A stretch of DNA of 63,747 bases, filler included, from Candidatus Rokuibacteriota bacterium (GTDB taxonomy: Bacteria > JAUVQV01 > DATDCY01): NCBI GenBank assembly GCA_031406795.1. It is 5 parts of 5 records of this genome, joined end to end, with 100 filler letters (N's around TTAATTAATTAA, not from the genome) between each part and the next. Parts side by side here need not be neighbours in the genome. Positions count along the whole stretch, not along the records: positions 18,980 to 26,718 come from JANOHV010000250.1; positions 26,819 to 42,017 come from JANOHV010000257.1; 3 more parts are not named here. One strand, written 5' to 3'. A program made the translations under genes and the position numbers. This document shows, one piece after another, positions 19,539 to 32,085 of this stretch; position 1 is the first letter of the stretch; the number at the start of each line of letters is the position of its first letter. The notes beneath the pieces were generated by a model. That model did not search any database, had not been told where the DNA came from, and saw only the letters and a list, made by a program, of their open reading frames with translations.

Positions 19539-20303
19539 ATGCAATCGCTGGATACGATGGTTTTGAGACATGGCCGCGGGGCCACGGGTGTGGCCGACGG
19601 GCGCGACGAGAGCTTCGAGGTCCCCTCCGCCGAGAGCAAGTTCGTCGGCGCCGGCGACCTCGAGGAGTTCGTGATCGCCTGGCTGCGGCACGTCTGCCTC
19701 CCCGACCCCGTGCACCCCGACGCGGTCGTGTCCTCCCTCTATTACGACACGCCGGCCCTGAGCGCCTACCACGAGAAGGTCGACGGCGATTTTCTCAAGA
19801 CGAAGTGCCGCCTGCGCTGGTACGACCCGGATATCGCGGCCGATCCCGCGCTGCGGACGGCCTATCTCGAAATCAAGCACAAGATCGGGCAGGGGCGGCG
19901 CAAATCGCGGGCCCGGGTGGTCGTGGAGCGCACCTGGTTCGACGACGCCAGCCTCGATCACCCGGCATTCCTCGAAATCCTCTCCCGCGAAGCCCCGACC
20001 CTCGGGGAGCGCCTGCCGTCGGGGCTGCTGCCGGCGGCCGTGGTGCGCTATCGGCGGCGACGGTTCATCTGCCCCTTCACGCTCTCGCGGATCTGCCTGG
20101 ACACCGGCATCGGGCTCGGGCGGGTCAACGAGCGTCTGCTGCCGCGTCTCGGCCCGGTGAAGCTCGGGACCATCGTGCTGGAGGTCAAGGACGGTAGATC
20201 GGCGCAGATTCCCTGGCTGGCGAAGCTCTACGCATCGGGGATCAGGCAGCGCAGCTTTTCCAAATACGGGGCCTGCATCGCCAGTCTGCTCAAGGAGGCG
20301 TGA
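19539..20303 (+). CDS. VTC (polyphosphate polymerase)-domain protein
   Basis: ESKF, VSSLYYDTP, EKVDGDFLKTKCRLRWY, YLEIKHK, RICLD, VLEVK, FSKY. Confidence 0.85.
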   Translation: MQSLDTMVLRHGRGATGVADGRDESFEVPSAESKFVGAGDLEEFVIAWLRHVCLPDPVHPDAVVSSLYYDTPALSAYHEKVDGDFLKTKCRLRWYDPDIAADPALRTAYLEIKHKIGQGRRKSRARVVVERTWFDDASLDHPAFLEILSREAPTLGERLPSGLLPAAVVRYRRRRFICPFTLSRICLDTGIGLGRVNERLLPRLGPVKLGTIVLEVKDGRSAQIPWLAKLYASGIRQRSFSKYGACIASLLKEA

Positions 20304-20998
20304 TCGTGTTCGACCAACTGCAGAAGATCAAGGACGTCCAGGACCTCACGGCCAGGATCGACCCCTGGCTGTTCGGCATCGCCATCCTCGTCTCGCTCGG
20401 CGCGTCGCTGGCGGCCAGCTGGCTCTACAACCGCTTCTACGAGCGCCGGGGGACCGGCAGCCAGATCAACCGCGCTTTCCCCCTCCTCGGCATCTCCATC
20501 ACCGCCCTGTTCATCTGCATCCAGGTCTCGCTCCCGCTGTCGCTCGGCCTGCTCGGCGCCCTGTCGATCATCCGCTTCCGCACGCCGGTCAAGGAGCCGG
20601 AGGAGGTCGGGTTCATCATGCTGGTCATCGCCTCATCGATCATCTGCGCGACCTTCAACTTCCAGTTCCTGCTCTTTCTCTTCCTCGTCGCCGTGGCCGC
20701 CCTCGTGGGGATCAGCTGGTTCCGCCGCGGCAACCGGTCGGGGCGCGACGGCATCGTTCTCGTGACGCTCGGCGACGAGGATGCGACCCTGCGCCAGAAG
20801 GAGATCGAGGAGTGCGTCGGACGGCACGCCCGGCGCAGCTTCGTCGAGAGCGCCGCCAGCCAGGACGGGCTCGCCAGCCTCCAGTTCTCCTTCACGGACT
20901 TCCAGGGAGGCGTGGCCGATCTGCAGGCCGAGCTGAAGCGGCTGGCTCCGGTCAACTCGGTCCGGATCTTTTTCAATCGCCCCGGCGGCCTCTCCTGA
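20300..20998 (+). CDS. DUF4956 membrane protein
   Basis: SLPLSLGLLGALSIIRFRTPVKEPEE. Confidence 0.9.
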   Translation: MIVFDQLQKIKDVQDLTARIDPWLFGIAILVSLGASLAASWLYNRFYERRGTGSQINRAFPLLGISITALFICIQVSLPLSLGLLGALSIIRFRTPVKEPEEVGFIMLVIASSIICATFNFQFLLFLFLVAVAALVGISWFRRGNRSGRDGIVLVTLGDEDATLRQKEIEECVGRHARRSFVESAASQDGLASLQFSFTDFQGGVADLQAELKRLAPVNSVRIFFNRPGGLS

Positions 20999-21027
20999 AG
21001 GGGACGGCCGGCTTCCGGGAGCGTCTG

Positions 21028-23918
21028 ATGGAGTCGGGCAACCGGAGGAAGCTCGGATACGCGGCCGCGGCCGCGATCGTCGTGCTGCTCCTCGCGGGCC
21101 TCTCGTGCGGCGCCGGTTTCCTGCTGGACTCCCTGACCAAGGCCGTCGATCTCGGCGAGCGCGGCATCGGCGGCAGGCTGAGGCGGGCCGGCGTCCTCGC
21201 GCACTGGGATTTCGACGAGCTCCGGCCGCGCGAGCGGGTCGGCCGCGAGGGCGTCGTCACTGGCGGGACGCGGCTCATCGCCGGCCGCAACGGCTCGGCC
21301 CGGGCCTTCCCCCCCGGGGAGCACGGCGTGATCCGCACCGCGTTTCCCCTGCCGTCCCTGGGTTCCCATTTCACCTTCTCCTGCTGGCTGCGCTTCCCGG
21401 AGCGGATCGTCAACCAGCAGATCTTCCAGTACCTGACGGTCCGCGACGGGAGCCTGGTCTTTCAGATGCCCCGCCAGGAACCCCTCGCCTGGGCAATCGC
21501 CGGCCGGCAGGGCTTCTTCCACGTCGCGTTCACCGTCGATCAGGACGAAGGCCGCGCCGCTCTGTACGTCGACGGCGATCCGGCGGGGGAGGTGCGGCTG
21601 GGCCCGCTGAAGCACCCCGGCGAATCGCTCTGCTTCGGTCAGGACCGGCTGACGCCGCCGCCGGCGTTCGCCCTGGACGAGGTGTCCATCTGGAGCCGCA
21701 CGCTCACCGCGCCGGAAATCCGCCGTCTCAGCCGTCTGCGGTGGCCGCTCATTTTCGACAACGCCTTCCTCGCCGCGACTGCGCTGCGGGTGGCGGAGGC
21801 GGCTCGCGAATCCTGCCGGGCCCTGCTGCTGGCTGCCGATCTCTTCGATCCCTCCCTCCACGAAAGCCGGATCTACGCCTCCGGGCTGCCCACCTACGCC
21901 CTGTCGCTCTCGGGCGCCGACGTCAAGGAGTTCAACAAGTACTTCAACGAGCAGTCCGAGAACGGCCTCAACGCGCCCGGGACGTCGAAGAGACGCACGG
22001 TCGAGGTCCTCGAAGGCGGCGGCAGGCGCCGGGCGGCGATGGAGTTGGTCGCGGGGGACCATGGCGGTCCGGAGGCTTCCGCAAAGCGCGCGTTCCGTCT
22101 CGAGATGCTCTCCGACGACGACGAGCCGGAGCGGACGCTGTTCATCCGGCCGATCGAGGGCTCGCCGTTCCTCCTCGAGGTGCTGGCCGGGAGGCTGGCC
22201 GAGCGCTGCGGCGTTTCCGCAGCGCCCACGGAGCTGTGCGCCGTGAGTGTCAACGGCGCCTTCGAGGGCCTCTCGCTCTGCTCGGATGTCTCGCGGGAAC
22301 AGGGGCCGTTCTGGCTTTCGGCTCCCGGCCAGGCGCAGGAGCTGCTGCGGCGGCTGCCGCTGTTCCGGGACGAGGTCCTCGGCGAGTTCGACCGGCTCGC
22401 GTCCGGGTGGCGCGCCGTGCTGCGGAGCGACCGGAAGAGCCCGCTTTCCAGCCGCGAGATGCTCAGCCGCATCAAGGCGCAGCGGCGGCTCCTCGAAGAG
22501 ACGCTCACCGATCGGACGGTGCGGTCCGACGCGGCGCTGGTCGCGCTGGTGGCCGATCGGCTGCGGGAGGAGATGTTCCTCGGCGACAATCCGCACGCCG
22601 GCCTCCTCGTGGGCGATCTCGATCTCTCGGTGCGGACGGTCAACGGCGCCGCGCTCTCTTTCGCGAGTCTGACACCGGCGACGCTCGGCAACGACGGCGG
22701 GGTCTTTCCGCCGGAGGGCGCGGCGGCTTCCGCCCGACTGCGGGTGAGCATCACCAGCGGAACGGCGGTCGCCGCGCGCGAACTCTCCTTCGTCGTTCTG
22801 CCCGGGCGTCGGCGGATCCCGGTGCTGCGGGTGCAGTCGGCCGGCGCCCCCCGATCGGGGCCACCGTGCCCGCCCTTGCGGAGTTCATCGAGCCGGACAA
22901 TCGCCGCAGCGGCCTGCTGGGCGGGGACATCCGCCTGCGCGGCAACACGTCGTTGTACCAGGCCAGGAACCAGAAGAAGTACTATCGCGTCGAGCTCGAC
23001 CGGCCGTACGACGTCCCCGGGGTCGGCCGCACCCGGCGACTGCTGCTGATCTCGGGGTGGAAGGACAAGACCCTGATGCGCGACCGGCTGGCCTACGACC
23101 TGTTCCGGAGTTTCTCCGAACCCGGGAAACCGCGCTACAGCCCGCACGTCCGGCTCGTCGAACTGGTCGTCAACGGCGACTACAAGGGGCTGTACAACCT
23201 GGTCGACCGGGTTGACGCCGATCTGCTCGAACTGGGGAAGGGCTCCGGGGCCGACCGTGCCGTGCTCTACAAGGCGACCGGCTCCGGGGCGAGCTTCAAG
23301 ACCCCCGACCGGGATTCCTACGTCCAGCAGGTCCCCGACTGGCGGGACGGGGAGTTCTGGGGCCCGTACGAGAAGCTGATCGCCTTCGTCGGCCAGTCGA
23401 CGCCGGAGGTGTTTCGCAGGGACGTCGAGCGGATCATCGACGTCGACAACGTCATCGATTTCGAGATCCTGCTGGCGCTGACCGCCAACGGGGAAGGGCA
23501 GAACTACAACCTCTACCTCGCGCGGCGCGCGGGAGCCGACGCCCGGTTCGTCATCGTCCCGTGGGATTACGACATCAGTTTCAGCCTGGCGTTCGTCCCC
23601 TCCAACCACCTGATCGCCCGGCTGCACGCGGATCTGCCGGGATACAGCAGCCGTGTGGCGGAGCGTTGGCGGGACTTGCGCAAGGACCGCCTCTCCGAGA
23701 GCGGGCTCATGGAACGGATCGCCGGCCTGGAGGCCGAGATGCTCGAGGGCGTCGAGCGGAACTACCGTCGCTGGCCGCCCACCGAAGGGGAGACCTGGGC
23801 GGGGATGGTCCCCCAGCTGCGGTCCTACCTCCGCGGCCGGCTGCCCCTCCTCGACGCCTGGTTCGCCGGCAGACCGGGCGCCGCGCCGGGAAGCCTTCAC
23901 CAAGGAGACACGCCATGA
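21028..23918 (+). pseudogene. LamG + CotH kinase family protein, frameshifted in a C6 run (22847-22852)
   Basis: N-terminal TM and LamG (AHWDFDE, FHVAFT, LYVDG, LDEVSIW); after the shift IRLRGNTS..KKYYRVEL, DKTLMRD, VNGDYKGLY, IVPWDYD; one extra C restores AGAPPIGAT. Confidence 0.8.
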
Positions 23919-26710
23919 AGCCACGGACCAAGGCCCTGCTGCTGGCGCTGCTGTTGCTGCTGGGGGTCTGCTACCGGCTCTTTGCCGCCTACCCGATCCG
24001 GCTGGGCCGGTTCGCGCCCGCATCCTCGGCGCTGCAGGCGATGCACATCATGAACGGCGAGCGGCCGATCTTCTACTCGGGGCAGGCCTGGATGGGGCCC
24101 GCGGGCGCCTACGTCCTCGCCGGCCTCTTCAAGCTCTTCGGCGCGTCGTCCCTGACCCTCGGGGGGTTCTCCTGGATCATGAGCGTCCTGTTCCTGCTGG
24201 GGACCGTCCTGCTGGCCTACCGGCTCTTCGGCATCGACAACGCCCTGGTGGTGGCCGGGCTATTCCTCGTCCCCATCGACTGGGTCATGTACCTGGCGGG
24301 GCAGCCGCGCGCGCACTACACGATCATCTTCGTCCTGGTGCCGATCGTCTTTCTGGCGACGCTGGCGCTGCTGCGACGGCACCGGGAGGGCCGCCCCCTG
24401 GCGTTGACGGCCTTCCTGCTCGGCCTGCTGTGCGGGTTCGCCTTCTGGACCAACATGTCGATCGGGCCGGCCATCGGCGTATCGGTGCTCCTGCTGCTCT
24501 GGCATCTGCGGCGATCCTTCTTCACGCGCGTTCTTCCCGGCTGGAGCGCCGGCTGGGTGCTCGGCTTCTCGCCGGTCATCTGGTACAACCTGACCCATCA
24601 GGCGATCCTCGCGGAGCAGGTGAACGCGAGAAACACCCGGCAGCTCGGCCGCATTCTCTGGGCCTTCCTGACCAACGCCTGGCCGAAATTCTGGGGGTTC
24701 GACCTCAGCGCGACCCCGACCCCGCTGCTGCATGGCGTGTTCGTCCTGCTGCTCGTCTGGATCAGCTTCCTCTACGTCTGGGCGCTCGTTCAGGGGTTGC
24801 GGAAGTGGCGGCGCGGGGAGGACGTGCTCGGCTACCAGCTGGTCTTCGGCTACTTCTTCTTCCACCTGGCGATCACCGCGGTCTCCAGCTACGGGAAGCG
24901 ATTCACCGAGGGGACGCCCCTCTCCTACATCGTTACTCTGTACACGGTGGCGTTTGCCATACCGGCTCTCGTGCTGCAATCCGGCCTCACGCGGCGTGCG
25001 AAAGCCCTGGCGCTGCTGCCCTTCGGGATCTTCATCGCCAACAACCTTGCGGCCAACACCGTCTACCCGGCGAAGTTCCTCGCCACCGTCCGGGAGCAGG
25101 GACTCTCCCGGGTGACGCGGTATCCCAACGAGGCGAACCCGTTCGTGCGCTACTTCCGGGAGCGCGGGCTAGCGGCCGGCTACCTGGGCCGGTTCCAGGG
25201 CGCCGATACCGCGAAGAACCAGAATTTCCCCCTCAATCTGGAGTGCTTCGGGGTGGGCACGTTCTCCGACCCCTCCAGCGAGCGGTATGTCGAGAGCGCC
25301 CTGGCCGCCGATGCCGCCCGGAAGATCTTCTGGGTCAACGCCGACCCGAACCAGCTGCGGCTGCTCGGCGTCACCTCGCGGGCGGCACCCGTACAGCAGT
25401 GGGAGGTGCACGACGATTTTCGCAAGGAGTTGCGCGAGCTGACCGCCGTCCGCGGGCAGTTGACCGCGGCCTCGTACAACCGGCCGCACGGCCTCTTCGC
25501 CTCGGACGGGAACTTCGACACCTCCTGGGACGTCCCCCGGGACGCCGGCACCGTGGCTCTCGATTTCGCGTTCGAGCGCCCCGAGCGGCTGCGGGAGCTC
25601 GTGATCTTCCCCGTCGACGTGCAGCGCAGCCCGACGAACGTCACCCTCGAGATCTCCGACGACGGGGTGAACTGGCGGCAGGCCTACCGGGCGAGCGACG
25701 CCGAGCCGATCTTCTGGTCGGTCTGGCATCCCTTCACGAAGAAGGTCAAGCCGCGGATGGAGCTGCTGCTCCCCGACGGCCTCGAGACCCGCTACTGCCG
25801 GCTGCGCTTCGACCCTTCCGGAAAGCGGGCCGGGCTGGCGATCCGCGAGATCCTCTTCCGCGGCGACGGCCCGGTGATCGACCCGGCGGCGTGGGAGCGG
25901 GACATCGACGATGTCGTCCGGGCGGTCGGGGCGCAGGGCGCCGGGGCGACCGTGGTCGGCGACCACTGGTTCGTCGACCACTTTCGGCGCCTGGGCTTCG
26001 CGACGGATTTCATTTCGAACGAGACCTTCAGCAACACCGGCGAACTGAGCCCCAATCTGGTCAGCCCCGTTGCGCTGGATTTCTCACGCCCGCAGGTCAT
26101 GATCGTCCCCCGGGCGTTCGTTGGCCGCGTGGTGGGGCTCTTGCGCAGCCGTGGCGTGCCTTTCACTGAAACGGCGTTTCTCTACCACGTCATCTGCCGG
26201 ACCGAGGCCGCCAAGGTCGACCCGCCGCTCTACTGGAACGGGCTGGAGCTGAACGATCTGGAGCCGCGGGTCGGCGAGCGGATGGCCTTCCCCTTCCGGC
26301 CGCTGCGGGAGTACGCCCCCGCCGCGGAGGCGACCTCGCTGCGCTTCGGCAAGGAGTTCGAGGTGACGGGAATCGCCGTTTCCCTCGACCAGGCCGCCCG
26401 GCGCATCGACCTCGCGTTCGAGGTGCTGCCGCTGCGCGAGACCGGCCGCGACTGGTGGATGTTCCTCCACGTCCTGGATCAGCGGGGGAAGATCGTCGCC
26501 CAGGGGGACTTCCGGATGAAGCAGGCCGGCCTCGCCACCAGCTCCTGGCTGCCGGGCAAGCGGGTCGTCCTCGAGCGGGCCCTGGCGCTGCCCTCGGGAT
26601 ACTCGGGGAAGGCGTCCGTGCTCATGGGCGTCTCGGACCCGCAGTGGCGCAAGCGGCTGAAGCTCGAGGGCGACCAGACCAAGGCCGTCATCTGGCGCGG
26701 CGACATCTAG
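23915..26710 (+). CDS. GT-C (ArnT/PMT-like) membrane glycosyltransferase with discoidin (F5/8C)-like and C-terminal beta domains
   Basis: PIFYSGQAWMG, many TMs, ASDGNFDTSW, LEISDDGVNWR, FLHVLDQRGKIVAQGD. Confidence 0.75.
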   Translation: MKPRTKALLLALLLLLGVCYRLFAAYPIRLGRFAPASSALQAMHIMNGERPIFYSGQAWMGPAGAYVLAGLFKLFGASSLTLGGFSWIMSVLFLLGTVLLAYRLFGIDNALVVAGLFLVPIDWVMYLAGQPRAHYTIIFVLVPIVFLATLALLRRHREGRPLALTAFLLGLLCGFAFWTNMSIGPAIGVSVLLLLWHLRRSFFTRVLPGWSAGWVLGFSPVIWYNLTHQAILAEQVNARNTRQLGRILWAFLTNAWPKFWGFDLSATPTPLLHGVFVLLLVWISFLYVWALVQGLRKWRRGEDVLGYQLVFGYFFFHLAITAVSSYGKRFTEGTPLSYIVTLYTVAFAIPALVLQSGLTRRAKALALLPFGIFIANNLAANTVYPAKFLATVREQGLSRVTRYPNEANPFVRYFRERGLAAGYLGRFQGADTAKNQNFPLNLECFGVGTFSDPSSERYVESALAADAARKIFWVNADPNQLRLLGVTSRAAPVQQWEVHDDFRKELRELTAVRGQLTAASYNRPHGLFASDGNFDTSWDVPRDAGTVALDFAFERPERLRELVIFPVDVQRSPTNVTLEISDDGVNWRQAYRASDAEPIFWSVWHPFTKKVKPRMELLLPDGLETRYCRLRFDPSGKRAGLAIREILFRGDGPVIDPAAWERDIDDVVRAVGAQGAGATVVGDHWFVDHFRRLGFATDFISNETFSNTGELSPNLVSPVALDFSRPQVMIVPRAFVGRVVGLLRSRGVPFTETAFLYHVICRTEAAKVDPPLYWNGLELNDLEPRVGERMAFPFRPLREYAPAAEATSLRFGKEFEVTGIAVSLDQAARRIDLAFEVLPLRETGRDWWMFLHVLDQRGKIVAQGDFRMKQAGLATSSWLPGKRVVLERALALPSGYSGKASVLMGVSDPQWRKRLKLEGDQTKAVIWRGDI

Positions 26711-26718
26711 CAGACCGC

Positions 26719-26818
26719 NNNNNNNNNNNNNNNNNNNNNNNNNNNNNNNNNNNNNNNNNNNNTTAATTAATTAANNNNNNNNNNNNNNNNNNNNNNNNNN
26801 NNNNNNNNNNNNNNNNNN
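26719..26818. other. Artificial contig linker
   Basis: N-run with TTAATTAATTAA. Confidence 0.99.
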
Positions 26819-26819
26819 A

Positions 26820-28640
26820 ATCGCCCAGGAGTCGCCGGCCGTAACAACGCAGGACCTGCTCGCCGTCTGCATTGCCTGCGCCACCCTCTTCTTTTCCATC
26901 CCGTCGGACGAAATTCTGCTCGGCGGGCAGGACCCCGGGGTCTATGTCCACGTCGCCGCCTCGGTGGCCCGCACCGGCTCGCTGATCCAGGAGGCACCGG
27001 ACCTGGCCGCGCTCACGCCCGAGGAGCGGCAACTGGTCGCGCGCAACCACCCGGCGGGCACCGAGCCCTTCCCCGGTATGTACCTGCGGCCCGACGGCCG
27101 GCTCTCCCCGCAGTTCTACCACCTCTTTCCGAGCCTGATGGCCGTCGCGTGGGCCATCGGCGGCATCCGGGCGGCGCTGCTGGTCAACCCGCTGCTCAAC
27201 GTGGCGGCGATCATCGCCCTGTACGCGGTCGCCTCGCTGTTCATCGGGCGCCGCTGGGGGCTGGCGGCCGCGCTGCTGCACGCCCTCGCCGCGGCGCAGC
27301 TCAGACAGGCCAAGTTTCCCACGGCCGAGATGATGACGCAGTTCTTCCTGCTCGCCGGCGTTGCGCTGCTGGCGCTCGCGACGCTCGAGGACGCGCCGCC
27401 GCGGACGCTGGCGCCGCTCGCCGGAGTCACGCTCGGGATGGCGAGTCTGACGCGTTACGACACGATCCTGTTCCTCGTCCCGCTGGCCGCGGCGCTCCTC
27501 TGGGGAATGGGCCCCGCGCGCCGGACCCGGCCGGTCCTCGTCGCGCTCGGGACGATGGCCCTCTTCTGGGTCCAGTCCTGGCTGCATCAGCAGTACGTCG
27601 CGCCCTTCTACCAGCCGCTCGGTGGGCTGGTCGGCAAGGCGCTCGCGGCTGCGACGCTGGTCCTCGTTGCGGTGCTCGTGGTGCGCCGCACCGGCGCCTG
27701 GGGGCGGCTCGATGCGGTTCTCCGCCGGCGCGAGACGCTGCTCAGGGCCGCGGCGGCGGCGCTGTTCCTCGGTTGGGTGCTGTTCGGCTGGTTCGTCCGC
27801 CCCGGCCTGGAGGGCCCCGGCCGCGTCGGGCAGCTGTTCCGCCGCCTGGTCGGCGAGCCGCCGCACGCGGGGTTCGCGCAGCTGCTCTCCGGCGTGGAGT
27901 CCGCCAACACACTCTACCTGGTCGACCTTCTCGGGAAGCTCGGCCTGCTCGCCGCCCTGGCGGGGATCGCCGCGCTCATCGTCTGGCGGCGCAGGCTCTG
28001 GGAGACGGCCTGGCTGACGGCTTCCCTCGCCGTGCTGGCGGTCTTCACGCTCAATGTCTTCCACGACCATTTCCTGATGTGGGTCAGCCGGCGGTTCGTC
28101 CCGGTGGTCGTGCCGCTGACCAGCATCGGGATCGCCGCCGCCGCCGCGTTCGTCGCGAACGCCCGGCAGGGGCGCTCGCCGCTGCTCGGCTGGGCGGGCG
28201 CCGCGCTCGTCGCGCTGGTCCTCTGGCTCAACGTCGGCGCCACGGTCGCGATGGCGGGCGGGCGCGAGTGGCCTGGCCTGATCGCCTGGTACGAGGGTTT
28301 CGAGAAGCAGGTGCCCAAAGACACGCTGCTCTACTGCGACCAGCCCGGGTTCGCCGCGCCGCTGCGGTTTATCTCGGGGCATCGGACGTACGAGCTTCCG
28401 GGGCGGACGCCCGAGCGCCTCGGCCTGCTCAACGCGCTGATGCGGCGCAAGGCCGCCGAGGGGCGCGAGGTGCTCTACCTCTCGCAGCAGACGTTCGAGG
28501 ATCTGCCGGCGAGCGGCCTCGTCCCGCTCGGCTCGTATCCGCTGCGCTCCTCCATGCTCGCCACCGGACGGCGGGGGGTCCCGACGGGCACCCGGGTCCG
28601 CGGCGCCAATTTCGTCCTCTACCGGGTCCAACCCTCCTGA
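26820..28640 (+). CDS. GT-C type multi-TM glycosyltransferase, 5'-truncated
   Basis: Open from contig start; GGQDPGVY, PQFYHLFP, many TMs, RRFVPVVVP. Confidence 0.75.
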   Translation: MAQESPAVTTQDLLAVCIACATLFFSIPSDEILLGGQDPGVYVHVAASVARTGSLIQEAPDLAALTPEERQLVARNHPAGTEPFPGMYLRPDGRLSPQFYHLFPSLMAVAWAIGGIRAALLVNPLLNVAAIIALYAVASLFIGRRWGLAAALLHALAAAQLRQAKFPTAEMMTQFFLLAGVALLALATLEDAPPRTLAPLAGVTLGMASLTRYDTILFLVPLAAALLWGMGPARRTRPVLVALGTMALFWVQSWLHQQYVAPFYQPLGGLVGKALAAATLVLVAVLVVRRTGAWGRLDAVLRRRETLLRAAAAALFLGWVLFGWFVRPGLEGPGRVGQLFRRLVGEPPHAGFAQLLSGVESANTLYLVDLLGKLGLLAALAGIAALIVWRRRLWETAWLTASLAVLAVFTLNVFHDHFLMWVSRRFVPVVVPLTSIGIAAAAAFVANARQGRSPLLGWAGAALVALVLWLNVGATVAMAGGREWPGLIAWYEGFEKQVPKDTLLYCDQPGFAAPLRFISGHRTYELPGRTPERLGLLNALMRRKAAEGREVLYLSQQTFEDLPASGLVPLGSYPLRSSMLATGRRGVPTGTRVRGANFVLYRVQPS

Positions 28641-28656
28641 AAGGGTGTCGAAAGAT

Positions 28657-29835
28657 ATGATGGGCGTCAGCGTCGTCATTCCCTGTCTTGACGAGGAGGC
28701 CTCGATCGGGCAGGTGATCGACGCCGCCCGCGCCGGCATCGCCGCGGTCGTCGACGAGGGCGAAGTCATCGTCGTCGACAACGGGTCGACCGACCGTTCG
28801 GTCGAGATCGCGAAGAAGCACGGGGCCCGGGTGCTGAGCGAGACGCACCGGGGCTACGGCTCCGCGCTGCGCAAGGGATTCGACAACGCCCGGCACGAGA
28901 TCGTGGTCATGGGCGACGGCGACCTGACGTACGATTTCACCAAACTCGGCGATCTGGTGCGGCCGATCCTCGCCGGCGAGGCGCAGTTCGTCATCGGCAA
29001 CCGGATGGGCAACATCCTCCCTGGCGCCATGCCGCCGCTGCACCGCTACATCGGCAACCCGATCCTCTCCGGGCTGCTCAGGGTGATGTTCCGCGACCGG
29101 CGGGTGCGCGACGTGCACTGCGGCCTGCGGGCGATCAGCCGCGACGCCTACCGGGGGCTGCGCTGCGTCACGACGGGGATGGAATTCGCCAGCGAGATGG
29201 TGGTCAAGGCGATCAGCAACAAGCTGGTCATCGCCCAGCGGGACATCGTGTACCACCCGCGCATCGGCGACTCGAAGCTCCAGTCATTCCGCGACGGCTG
29301 GCGCCACCTGCGCTTTCTGGTGCTGCACAGCCCGACGATGCTGCTGCTGCTCCCGGGCGCCGTGTGCTGGGTGCTCGGGCTGCTGCTGGCCCTGCCGATG
29401 GCCTTCGGCCCCGTGGTCATCGGCGGCCGCAACATCGACATCCACTTCATGATCATGGCCGGCCTGCTGAACATCGTCGGCGTCCAGATCGTCACGGCGG
29501 GCCTGCTGGCGAAGTCCTACGGGCACCTCTCGGGTCTGCGGCACGACGAGTTCGTCGCGCGCCTCTACCGCTGGTTCACCTTCGAGAAGACCTTCCTCGG
29601 CTCGATGATCCTCGCCCTCCTCGGCTGCGGCATCGCCGGCGCGGTGGTCGTCGAGTGGGTGCTCTCGGACTTCGGGGACCTGAATCGCGCGCGGATGCTT
29701 TTCTTCGCGCTGCTCCTGCTCGTCGACGGCGTCCAGCTCGGGTTGTCCTCGTACCTCTTCTCGATCATGGCCCTCCCCCGGCACATCGATGTGCTCACGG
29801 GCGAAGACGAAAACACCGGCATCGTCGATCTCTGA
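28657..29835 (+). CDS. GT2 glycosyltransferase (polyprenol-phosphate sugar synthase-like) with C-terminal TMs
   Basis: SVVIPCLDEE, VVDNGSTDRS, GYGSAL, MGDGDLTY, SKLQSFRDGWRHL. Confidence 0.9.
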   Translation: MMGVSVVIPCLDEEASIGQVIDAARAGIAAVVDEGEVIVVDNGSTDRSVEIAKKHGARVLSETHRGYGSALRKGFDNARHEIVVMGDGDLTYDFTKLGDLVRPILAGEAQFVIGNRMGNILPGAMPPLHRYIGNPILSGLLRVMFRDRRVRDVHCGLRAISRDAYRGLRCVTTGMEFASEMVVKAISNKLVIAQRDIVYHPRIGDSKLQSFRDGWRHLRFLVLHSPTMLLLLPGAVCWVLGLLLALPMAFGPVVIGGRNIDIHFMIMAGLLNIVGVQIVTAGLLAKSYGHLSGLRHDEFVARLYRWFTFEKTFLGSMILALLGCGIAGAVVVEWVLSDFGDLNRARMLFFALLLLVDGVQLGLSSYLFSIMALPRHIDVLTGEDENTGIVDL

Positions 29836-29841
29836 TTCGGC

Positions 29842-31991
<2,150 letters not shown>

Positions 31992-31995
<4 letters not shown>

Positions 31996-32016
31996 GGGCG
32001 GGGTTGACCCCCGCCC
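31992..32016 (+). repeat. GTAG-type REP hairpin
   Basis: GTAG GGGCGGGG TTGAC CCCCGCCC. Confidence 0.7.
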
Positions 32017-32085
32017 GATTGAGGACAATTCACGGTGAACCGGCGGGGGGGAGGGGATAAACCCACGGCTGGGTTGGGAGGCATC

